Positions 10,920 to 21,500 of a DNA stretch of 31,712 nt are shown here, piece after piece; position 1 is the stretch's first letter, and each line of letters starts with the position of its first letter. Where the stretch lies: NCBI GenBank assembly GCA_009602725.1, contig WELB01000026.1:345990-377701 (forward strand). The letters are read 5' to 3'. A program made the position numbers and the translations under genes. Below the pieces are notes generated by a model. That model did no database searches. It was given only the letters and a program-made list of their open reading frames with translations, and was not told the origin of the DNA. Source of the DNA: Spirogloea muscicola (Eukaryota).

Positions 10920-11294
10920 CAGTAGAACCTGTCTAAGATTATGCGGTCGGTTGGGGAGGTTTGTAGAACGATACACAGGATATAACGGGTTGCACAGGTG
11001 GCACGGTCTGCCGCACGGCCGTCGCACGGCCGTCGCACGGCGCACGCCGTCGCACGGTCCGCCGCATGGTCCGTCCGCACGGTCCGTCTATAAAGAATGC
11101 GTGTTCTTAAGACGCGTTGCGTGTTTCATTTGTATTAAGAGATATCCCCTAGGTATAAGCTTATTATTTGAGAAAAGTATATAAAGTATGGAAATGTAGA
11201 GGATTATAAGCTTACGCCACTAAACCGACTCGGTTTGCCAGAATTTGATAACGTTATACAGGATATAAGCTAATGGAGGATAAGCTTAGACAGG
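10920..11294. mobile_element. pogo/Tc1-mariner-like MITE; right end cut by the gap
   Basis: TA at 10918-10919, then left TIR CAGTAGAACCTGTCTAAGATTAT. Bases 11280-11294 (ATAAGCTTAGACAGG) match its reverse complement at 14/15. Internal GCACGG(T/C)C tandem repeats and repeated ATAAGCT; no credible coding capacity. Confidence 0.8.
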
Positions 11295-12204
11295 NNNNNN
11301 NNNNNNNNNNNNNNNNNNNNNNNNNNNNNNNNNNNNNNNNNNNNNNNNNNNNNNNNNNNNNNNNNNNNNNNNNNNNNNNNNNNNNNNNNNNNNNNNNNNN
11401 NNNNNNNNNNNNNNNNNNNNNNNNNNNNNNNNNNNNNNNNNNNNNNNNNNNNNNNNNNNNNNNNNNNNNNNNNNNNNNNNNNNNNNNNNNNNNNNNNNNN
11501 NNNNNNNNNNNNNNNNNNNNNNNNNNNNNNNNNNNNNNNNNNNNNNNNNNNNNNNNNNNNNNNNNNNNNNNNNNNNNNNNNNNNNNNNNNNNNNNNNNNN
11601 NNNNNNNNNNNNNNNNNNNNNNNNNNNNNNNNNNNNNNNNNNNNNNNNNNNNNNNNNNNNNNNNNNNNNNNNNNNNNNNNNNNNNNNNNNNNNNNNNNNN
11701 NNNNNNNNNNNNNNNNNNNNNNNNNNNNNNNNNNNNNNNNNNNNNNNNNNNNNNNNNNNNNNNNNNNNNNNNNNNNNNNNNNNNNNNNNNNNNNNNNNNN
11801 NNNNNNNNNNNNNNNNNNNNNNNNNNNNNNNNNNNNNNNNNNNNNNNNNNNNNNNNNNNNNNNNNNNNNNNNNNNNNNNNNNNNNNNNNNNNNNNNNNNN
11901 NNNNNNNNNNNNNNNNNNNNNNNNNNNNNNNNNNNNNNNNNNNNNNNNNNNNNNNNNNNNNNNNNNNNNNNNNNNNNNNNNNNNNNNNNNNNNNNNNNNN
12001 NNNNNNNNNNNNNNNNNNNNNNNNNNNNNNNNNNNNNNNNNNNNNNNNNNNNNNNNNNNNNNNNNNNNNNNNNNNNNNNNNNNNNNNNNNNNNNNNNNNN
12101 NNNNNNNNNNNNNNNNNNNNNNNNNNNNNNNNNNNNNNNNNNNNNNNNNNNNNNNNNNNNNNNNNNNNNNNNNNNNNNNNNNNNNNNNNNNNNNNNNNNN
12201 NNNN
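11295..12204. other. Assembly gap (910 N)
   Basis: Run of N. Confidence 1.

Positions 12205-12272
<68 letters not shown>
12205..12272. repeat. (CT)n microsatellite abutting the gap
   Basis: Directly visible. Confidence 0.95.
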
Positions 12273-12277
<5 letters not shown>

Positions 12278-12610
12278 CCTCCCTCACTCCCTTCCTCCCT
12301 CCCTATCTCCCTCGCTCTCTCGCCCTCTGTTTTCTTGCTCTTCCTGTCTCAATCTGCCTCCAGTACCAGTGGGACTAGCGGCCTCGGCCACCGCCTTCCG
12401 ATTGAAGAGCTTTTCTCCTGACCTTGCGGGTTGGCCTATGTCGGCAGCCGCCCTTGTTGATAAAGCTGACGCTATTTTTGGCCATTGGCCCTCGTTTGGC
12501 CGCTGCCTCTTACTCATCGAATGTAAGCTCATCTAAAGTGGGCGAGGCTGTAGAGAGCCAGCTCGAATGACTGAACAACTTCCGAAGGCGAAAGGCCAAG
12601 TGCTTTGGCT

Positions 12611-12773
12611 TCTATTTTGGGCTGGCTCTATGGGCGCGCACTTCTCTTTGGCTTGACCCCCAAGCCACCAGCGCTTGCTTGTTCAAGACGGTGGCCCGTT
12701 GAGCGGGCTGAAAAGCAACAGCTCTTTCAATGTAAGGCAGGGGCTGTGAATGGCCAGCCCAGAATGGACAAGG
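12611..12773. repeat. Converging retroelement tail modules
   Basis: Plus strand TTTTGGGCTGG..CTCTATGGGCGCGCACTTC (compare 6744-6762). Minus strand CCTTGTCCATTCTGGGCTGGCCATTCACAGCCC at 12773-12741, plus a further hairpin at 12706-12723. Confidence 0.6.
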
Positions 12774-13215
12774 CGGGCGGCCCGCCAGGACATCCGTACG
12801 AGGGGGCAACGACAGTGACGCCCGGTTGCCGGCGGTCCTAGGCCGGTGGCAGGCTGTCCTTAGCTGCCCAATGCCAGCAGCGACTTGCGGACGATACAAT
12901 CTCGACCTGATTCGTGGGGAAAGCCGAGCATTGGGCCAGAGAAGGTGCGCAGTGCGCACGAACTGTACGGGAGGCTAAGCAAGCCAGTACACAGTGTGCA
13001 AGATGACAACACAGACTCCAGACACACTTACATACAGACTTCACGGGGGCTAAGGTGCGAGAAACACAGTTGAAAGGGGGCCAGATGAGGAGCCCTGCTT
13101 CTCCTTTGGCACAAGTACAAGGAGCACCCGGCGGGATGCAGCACTTCCTGGAGGCTCGGTGCCTTCGGTCTTGTGTCCCGCTACCGCATGTGTTTATCTA
13201 TGTACCTACAGTGGT

Positions 13216-13421
13216 CCGCCGGGTTGGTAGCGCCCTTGCAGCAGCCTCTGGCTTGCGCAGCGGGATTGCTCTTCCTCCCCTCAGCTCATCTGACTTTCTA
13301 CTGCTGACACGGAGGTACTAAGGGCGCTCTGTCTGCCTAGCCTGTGGCTCCGTCATGAACACCTGTATGCATCTGGCTGGCTTTTTACAGCCATTTATTT
13401 CCATATCAGCAGCCGCTTTCT
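13216..13421 (+). mobile_element. 5'-truncated CRE-like retrotransposon 3' end; direct repeat of 15267-15471
   Basis: Encodes ..ALAAASGLRSGIALPPLSSSDFLLLTRRY* plus 3' UTR. About 90% identical to 15267-15471 by hand count. Confidence 0.85.
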
Positions 13422-14369
13422 TTCTCTGAGGCCCAGCCCAATAAATGCCAGGCTCAACATGAGGAGCGCCGGTGACTGCACGACGACCAACGGCCTACAA
13501 GTCGTGTCGTTGTGGCTGCAGGAGCAGGTTCACCAGCAGCGGAACAGGAGAGCCGAATGAGAGGCTAGCCAGTGGAACTGGGTGGCTCCCCACACATTGC
13601 CGTCAAGGGTGGTGGTCAGCATTCCGACTTGCGAAGGCAAGAGCGGCCGACAAGTGGTGGGCGGAGTTCACAGCACAGTGGTACACAATGGTCCGCGGAG
13701 GTTACTTTCGTTTGCACGGCCCTCACGACCTCCACGCCCTGACCCGCAAATAAGGGCAACACAACATAGTCTTCAAGCTTCACTATGTGCTTGCTGTTGC
13801 GGTCCACACTAAAACTCTCTCCTTTCCTTAACGCTCTTAGGAACATCAGCTGCTAGCTTTCTTGTGTTTCCAAGAAACATCCCATTTGCAGGAGGGCAAA
13901 GAAATTTGCTGCTGATCCAAGACGGCATACTAGAGGCCGTACAACGTGCGGAAGTGGATGAGACATAAGATTATACGACAAAAACACCAGGGCCTCAGGG
14001 TCAAGACGAGGCAACTGACGAGGTGGTTCAAGCAGTGCTAGTCTGCAACAGCTACTTCAGGTCGGTTGAGCTGACAGGGTGGGAGATAGGGGAGCGCGCA
14101 GCAGGGGGTGCTCGCAGTGACAAACAGCCTTGACAACCGTAGTGGCTCTCCCAGAGGCCGGGAAGGCCAGTCAAGCACTTGCAGCGATGCTGCCCAGCAA
14201 GAGCAGCGTCGCAAGAGCAGCGTTGCTGTACTGAGGGTCCACAGAAGCAGAGCAGCGGGCTGCTGAAAAGCGGCTGCGAAGGCTAGCCTGAGTGGGTCAC
14301 AGGCAGGGGCTGTAGCGTTCGGTCCCTAACAGGCAGGTTAGTGCCGAATGCGTACTTTTTTGGATTGAG

Positions 14370-15471
14370 TGCTTGGGACGACCACCCGACACAGCAGAAG
14401 ACTTGCCCTGTGGCGCTGCCGCCAGGCAGCAGCCCCACCTCCTGGGCACGCGCTGCAGACTTGCCCCTAGCGGAACGCCGCCAAGGTCTCCACAGCAGAG
14501 CCGGCAACGAGCCGCGCGTGGCAGCGGTCTACAGCAGCAGGCAGCCGCAAGGCTGCGCCTCTCAGAGCTTCACTGAGTCCCCGGCCTCCGGTCGGGTCTC
14601 TTTCTGCTCCGTGCAGTAGTAAGTGCTTCTCCGTGCCACCCTCCCTCTTGGCTTGCCATCCCTGTGCTTGGCAGGGGTGACCCAATGTGAATGTGGGCTT
14701 ATTGAGCATGATGCATTGCTCATGGGTGACCACATGCTCAGGTGTGCCAAAGGCAGTGAGCGCACGGGCTCCCACAACCTCCTACGTGACGCCATGTATG
14801 GCATCGTCAAGGAGGCGGGATATCAAGTGGCGTTGGAGAGCACTGGGGTGATGCCCATCCTCCTCCGCAATGGGGTCCCTCGGACGAGGCGTGTCGATCT
14901 GGTCGGCGTCCCCCTGGGAGGTGGCAAGCGGCTCCTCATGGACGTTGTCCTCACCGACAGCTTCCGGACGAAGGGCCCCATTACTTCTGAGACCGGCTAC
15001 GCTGTGAAGGTAGCCGAACGGAAGAAGCTGCACAAGTACAAGGACCACCCGGCGGGTGATACCTTTTACCCCCTGGCCATGGACATCCATGGGTGTTACG
15101 GGGGTCGGTGGTCCTCGTTACTTTCGCTGCTGGCCTCTCAAGCTGACCAGCGGCGCCGGGAGCAGGGTGCTGCCCTTCCCGGTGGCTCGGTGCCTTTGGG
15201 TCTGGTGTCCTGCTACCGTATGCGACTGTCTATGTCCCTGCAGCGCTCCCAAGCGCTTGCTTTGCACCGCCGCGCTGGTCGCGCCCTTGCAGCAGCCTCT
15301 GGCTTGCGCAGCGGGGTTGCTCTTCCTCCCCTCAGCTCATCTGACTTCCTACTGCTGACACGGGGGTATTGAGGGCGCCCTGTCTGCCTAGCCTTTGGCT
15401 CCGTCATGAACACCTGTATGCATCTGGCTGGCATTTCACAGCCGATTCTTTCATATCAGCAGCCGCTTTCT
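14370..15471 (+). mobile_element. CRE-like (RLE-type) non-LTR retrotransposon, 5'-truncated and decayed: CCHC zinc finger plus restriction-like endonuclease
   Basis: LGLP..CECG-x11-HMLRC, SHNLLRD (RH-type motif), RRVDL, LMDVVLTD, AERKKLHKY, FYPLAMDIHG, RLSMSLQR. In-frame stops at 14617-14622 and no RT core present. The 5' boundary is approximate. Confidence 0.85.
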
Positions 15472-15473
15472 CC

Positions 15474-15820
15474 TAGGGTGTATGGGGGTCGCCCCAAGGC
15501 TCGCCCGCGCAGAGCGTGCCTGACGAGGGAACCATGAGCTGTCTCCAGCAAGCGCCATGGTGCCGAGCATGGCCGCGGCAGAGTATGCCGCCAGGCATGG
15601 CCGAGGCCGGGCATGGCCGAGCATGGCCGCGGCCGAACTGGCCGCCGGGGGCGTCCGGGCCCACGCATGCCGTCCGGGCCCACGCATGCCACCGAGCATG
15701 TCTGAACCGAGCATGACGGGAGCAAGCGAGGCCACCCGGACGAGCCTGGACGGAACTACAACGGCACGAGTGCCAGGGCGGTTCGTGCCGTCCGGCACGA
15801 AAGGCCAAGAGAACACCATG
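15474..15820. repeat. GC-rich repeat cluster (GCATGGCCG units, a 19-bp tandem, GGCACG/CGTGCC), possibly a hAT-like subterminal fragment
   Basis: CGTCCGGGCCCACGCATGC occurs twice, with several GCATGGCCG and GGCACG/CGTGCC motifs. The ends TAGGGTGT and (rc) CATGGTGT are imperfect, and no 8-bp TSD was found. Confidence 0.4.
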
Positions 15821-15959
15821 TAAGCGGTAACGACAATGTTAGGCGCTCACAAACCTGGGAACGTTACAAAGGCACATTACACCGTGCTCTCGTTGAGGAG
15901 GACGCGATTTGAGTGGTTGCCGGCAGTGGAAGTCTGCTGTTCCAATGTGCAGCCTGGGC

Positions 15960-17515
15960 ATTTAGGATGAGGACGGAGGAGGGAAAGGATGTGGCACTGG
16001 AGCTATGATATCCAGACAAGATTGTAAAACAGTGGCTGGCAACAATTCGCTCGCAGTGTCATCTTCTCCTTCTACCCGATTTCTCCGTATGCAGCTGAGA
16101 TACGATTTGCTGAGAGCCATGGCAACAGGCTTGACACAACCGGCATTGACTAGGACCCCAATACCGGCTACCTGCGAGCCACCAACACAAGAGACAGGTT
16201 CACCATTGCCCACAGTGCACCACCTACTTAGCAGGGCAAAGAGGCAGGTGTAAGGGCTCGTCGATAGGACGAGCACCGCGGGCCTGCACCCAAAGTCTGG
16301 CAGGCCGCTAAGACAGCAAAGAGTTGCAAGGACGCTCCTCTTGCATTTCACGACCCCTAAGTCTGTAGCCCGACGCAGCATCTGGGTTGGTAGAGATTCA
16401 TCATCATGCAGTAGCACCAGCAGCAGCAGCAGAGTGGCCGCTATCTCCTTCCTAAGTCGTCCCTGTAGTATCCTCAGCCATCGTGAATACACCCACTCTG
16501 CTAGCTGCATTGCCATCAATGTCAGGGTCCACCTTTTCCTACAAGTACGCAGCGCTTTGCCAGCAGCGGGCAATCGCTTCACGTCATTGGAGAGCGGAAA
16601 GCAGGCTGCGGCTTTATCAAATACTAAGACTTGCCACTGTCAATTGCTGGCAGGAGACGTCTGAGGTCTGAAGTTTGCTGCCTGGGGCTGCTATACAATC
16701 CATGCCGCTGCACCATAGATGGTGGCGCAGGAGGTCAGGGAGTATGCCCCTTGAGGCTATCTCAGCATCTGCTTGACAAGCCAACCCAGAGGACAAGAGG
16801 TGCGGACCCAGAAGTGGCTGCATTGGGCGACGCGGTTCTGGCTGGAAGTAGCGGAAAGCAGAGCTGCTGGGCGTGCTGCACTGTCACAACCAGCGCATAG
16901 AAGCGCAATCTGAAGCACGAGCGACTAAGCAAACACGCACATAGCTGGCAACAAGCCAGCCTAGCTATATCCGCATGCTCACATAGCATTGGAAGATTTC
17001 CCTGGAAGACGAAGAGACAGAAGAAGAACAGATGGAAGCCTATGAATGAACGAGGCTGCAAAGCAGCACAGTAGCCACGCGTCACGAGCCACAGATTAGA
17101 AAACTTGACCATGGAAGAGCGTCGCACGTACAACAGGCGGATGCGATCTGCCAGCTCCTGACCAGGGCATAAGTGCGTAAGTCAACAGTGTTGACTGACG
17201 CAGTGGCTGTGAGCTTGTCAGCCTTGGGAAGAGTGAAGGCTGGTGCTGGTGCTGGTATTAATGCAACACCATGGAACGTACGCTCAGGCGCCAGGTCCTG
17301 GCTGTGGGGTTCAGGCGTGAAAGAGAATGGATTTTGTATTGTGTATTGCCCGAACTATGTATCGGCTTAAATGGCCTCCCTTTCATCTCCTGCGCACCGC
17401 GCGCCTTCTTGCATGAAGTAATGAGTCTAGAAAAGCTAGAAGATGCCCTAAACCCCTTTCAGGGTTAGGCAACTTGTCCGTTCCTTTTGGGCTGGCTTTT
17501 CACAGCCATCGCCCC
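15960..17515 (+). mobile_element. Possible heavily decayed L1/Tx1-like LINE C-terminal remnant followed by a tail motif
   Basis: Stop-riddled frames with faint L1-like patches (TIC*EPW, RLRLYQILRLATVNCW, *KRN). A clear tail motif lies at 17473-17515. Confidence 0.25.
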
Positions 17516-18555
17516 CTTCACATGAGCTTTTATGTTTTAGGCACAGAGAGAGGGCAATCCGGGCTCCTGTCGTGGTGCCGCTCGACGTTACATCAGTCGG
17601 GCTCTGCCGGTTTCTTACCGGCATCTCGCCGACAGCTGACCTCCCTGCGTCTCACTACCCGCTCTCCCCGTTGTCACGTGTATAGCTCATGTGTTGCTTT
17701 TGTTTAGTGTCGGCCAGCGTGAGCCACCTTGCCTTCCCCTGCATCCTGCTTCGTCGTGCTGCGGCAGCTGCGGCGGCGGCTGCGGCGGCGGCGACGGCGG
17801 CGGCGACGGCGGCGAGGTATGCGGCGCTGTCAGCCAGCAGTAGGAGCGTTGGCAGCGGGCTGGTCGCATGACGTCTGGAGGCAATGGCAATGGCGATGGT
17901 AATGGCAATGGCGCCGCTGTCGTTGCCTTGAGCCTGCCTAGGCGCAGGCTCGTGGGCCAGCTTGCTCAGACGCCACGCTCGCGACTGGCTGAGCAGGAGG
18001 CACTTGGTCAGCCAGCCGGCTCCGGTTCTGGTAGACGAAGCGCTCCCGCAGCCGAACACTCAGGGGTTAGCATACAAGGGCTGAAAGGGTCAAGGGTCCC
18101 CCATCAGGGTTCTGGTTATGGAGGTCTCACTCTGGGTCAGATGTCTAGAGTCAAGCAGGAAATTGTTGAATGCAGAGCATGTAGTGTAGCTCATAGAAGG
18201 TTCAGTCATACAAGCCGAGGTGAACAGGCGCAGTAACAGAAGAGGGAGGTATGAGGAGGAATGGAGGAGGGTGGTGGAGGCGAATGTCCCATATGGGCAG
18301 GGCTCAACATCAAGGTCTCATTACGAAGTGCAATGGCTATTGTGCAGGACTGTAACTCCGGCGCTGGCGCGCACCAGCGCCGCTGCTGCCGCTGCCTCCA
18401 CGCCTGGTCGTGCGAGTCCCCGGCGTGCTGAGGACCGGGCCAGCTGACGCTGCGGCGCTGCAATGTTCCTTCGGACTCACGGCGGCGGCAGCGGGGGCGG
18501 AGCGCTGGCCTGGCGCCTGGCCAGCATTGAGCCCGCGGTCCTCCTCACACTCCAG

Positions 18556-21500
18556 AGCAGGAGCTGCCGACGGCCGTCGCGCCCTGTCTGCATGAGCGCC
18601 TCACCTGCAACCGGCACAGCCCTGCCAGGAGCAGCATTGCGGCCGTTCGTTGGTGACCTCGGTGTGCGTTCTGGCTTCGTTGAAGCGGTGAGCAGCCGGG
18701 AGCCAGGCCTCCGTCAAAGTGACAGTACAAGACTTTGCAAAGGCACAATCAACGGCTGCGCCTTTACCTCAAAGCCTATACTCACATTCCTGAACCCTTG
18801 AGCCCAACAGAACTTACCATTATATACCTTCCACAGCTTGCCAAGGGTCTCGCGCCATGGTCATGCTCCTCTCGCCTTCTCCTGGTGAGCTCGCGCCGCT
18901 GCAACCAGTTCCTCGTGGTGACTGGGTGCAGATTGGCAACACGCCACTTATCCGGCTCAATCGCGCATCGGAGGCCACCGGTTGCGACATCTATGGCAAG
19001 GTCAGGCTCTTCGCCGCCGGCCAGCATTCGGCATCCGCCTCGGGCAGCGCCATCCAGCCGACCGAAGCCTGTCTCTCCTCTTCCCTGTCTTCCCCTCTTA
19101 CATCTCTGTGCTACAGGCACAAGCCAAACTCAGCCTGGTGCAGCGAGCTGCGCAGGCTGAGTTTGCCAACCCCGGTGGCTCCGTGAAGGACCGTGCAGCA
19201 CTTTACATCATCAAGGTGCGCATGCCACACGGGTGAGGAGGGGTGGAGCAGGAAGAGGGGCGGTGGGAAGGGAGGGAGGTCGTAGCGCCAGTGTAATTAG
19301 CACTCTTGCTTATGCACTCCTTCCTCCCTCCTCTGGGCGCCAGCTTAAGCGGCCCTCTCTCTTCCCCTGATTAGCGGCCCTCTCTCTTCCCCTGATCAAC
19401 CTCCTCCCTCCTCCTACTTCTGTGCCTCAATCTCGTTGAATCCTGCAGGATGCTGAGGAGCGCGGGTTGCTGGCACCTGGCGGTGTCGTGGTGGAGGGCA
19501 CGGCTGGCAACACGGGCATCGGCCTCGCGCTCGTTGCCAATGCCCGCGGTTACCGCACTGTCATTGTCATCCCCGACACGCAGAGCCAGGCCGGCTCTCT
19601 GAACCTCAGACCTGACCATCAACATTTGGGGTCTGCAGTTTGAGTGCCCGTCTAGCAGTGTGCCTATCTAGCAAATAGGCCTCAATGACATGACCAAAGC
19701 TTGGGCCAGAACGAGACTCAGCTTTATTCATTGACCTGCCACTACTGAGGCGCAACTGCTCCTCCTGAATGTGCCATGACTTCAAAATCATTCCCCATGC
19801 TAATAATTTTGTGCTGCTGCTTCATTTGCCTCTCTGATCCGCTGTAACAAGCGGTGCCTGCTTTGACTCTTGATGTTCCACGACTCCTTGGTCTGGTGCC
19901 ACAGGAAAAGAAGGACATGCTGCGCATTGCTGGTGCGACACTTGTCGAGGTCCGGCAAGACATTTCTTTCTTTATACCACTATCCTCAGCCTCCACTCTC
20001 TTTGCTGCCCTGCAACATGCCACCTCGCCCGGCTTTGGCATCTCGCACTGGTGCAGTGCCGGCCAGTCTCACTCATGCATACGAGCGCCTACTTGTGCAG
20101 GTGCCTGCGGTCCCGTACAAAAACCCGAATAACTATGTCAAGTACTCGGGCCGCCTGGCCGAGGTGCTCGCGCGGGTGAGATTCGCGGGTTGCTCAGCGG
20201 CTGCGTCTCGGTCAGGACTGCCGAAGTCTGCAATTTATCGGGTTATGAATCAAGGTTCAGATTCATCAGTGCACGTCTTTGATCATGGTGCAATGCAATG
20301 ACATCAACGAGCTGGCATTGCAGCCTGCGCATTTGAGTCAACAAACGTCCCCTACGTTGCAGACTGTTGCGCTTGTCAAACACTGAGTCTACTCCAAATA
20401 CTGACCACCGGGATTCGAATTCCTGTGCTCTCTTACACTCCGCAGACAAGACCAAGCGGCGCCGTGTGGGGCAACCAGGTTCCAGCACCTGCATTGGCTC
20501 CTCATGTGCCCTCCTGGCAGCCCCACACTTGTCAGCCATTCTCCTAAGTCCCTGACTTTCAGGTCGTTCGACTTCGCTGGTCGGTCCAGATGCAGAGGCT
20601 CCAGGGCTTGTGGCCTGGGGCGGAGAAGAAACTGATCCGTGCGTGACGGGATTGCGGCCTGGCAGTTTGACAACCAGGCCAACCGGCGCGCCCACTACGA
20701 GACGACAGGTGCACATTTCTCTGGCCTAAAGGACTTTTGGGATCTTGCAGCGGGCAGTCTGAAAGTGGGAGGACACTGTCAGTCAGATGCATGCTAGTTT
20801 AGTTGCCCCAAATTTGCTCCTTGCATTTTACAAAGTCGACCCAAGACAGCCAATTAGCTATTAATTCAGATTCAAAGAGTACGATAGCTAAGAAATCTAT
20901 GAGCTTGACAGTTACATGCTTCATATGTCCAACAGTTTGCCTTTCTTACCTCTGCCTTCTGTTTTGCGTCCATATGAGCGATGACACGGCAACCAGAAAG
21001 TAAGCCATTGTGAGTGGGGCGCAGGCCCTGAGATCTGGGCACAGACCAGCGGCAAGGTGGATGCTTTTGTGTGCGCTATTGGTACAGGTGGCACATTGGC
21101 GGGTGTTGGCAAGGTGCCCTGCGCCTCTGGCAGGCTGCCCATTGCCTTCATTGTTGATGTACTGAAGATGCACACAGATACTCATTTCTCCATTTACGTC
21201 AAGGGTCGGACTCTGCTACTGCTGCTTGTGCAGCTTGTGCAGCCACCTCGAAACATCAAGAATCTCGATGTCGACCTTGCTTTTTACCATGTCATCTGTA
21301 ATGCACTAATGCAACCATCACGGCACCGTGTGCCCCTCCTGTGTGCAGTACCTCAAGGAACAAAACTCAGCAATCCGCATTGGCATGGCAGACCCCATGG
21401 GAGCTGCCATGTACAGCTACTACGCAACTGGCGTGCTCCAGTCATCCGGCACGTCGGTAAGTCAACAACTGCAGGGCTGACGCAGGAACCTTCGAACAAT

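Noticed and set aside
11273..12421. Long ORFs on both strands across the gap
   Set aside because: Artefacts of N translation and the (CT)n repeat.
12773..12960. Minus-strand peptide RLYRPQVAAGIGQ.. as another CRE C-terminus
   Set aside because: Only about 4 of 23 residues match; too weak despite the adjacent tail motif.
13216..15471. LTR retrotransposon
   Set aside because: The repeats lack TG..CA ends, PBS and PPT, include coding sequence, and the interior encodes an RLE domain rather than gag or integrase.
17730..18555. Candidate first exons of the cysteine synthase (MAMAMVMAMAPLSLP; TVTPALARTSAAAAA; ATG 18463)
   Set aside because: The first has an in-frame TGA, the second needs a non-canonical donor, and ATG 18463 is in frame but unsupported. 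The start cannot be chosen without transcripts.
19345..19396. 25-bp tandem duplication in a cysteine synthase intron
   Set aside because: Ordinary slippage duplication with no evident function.
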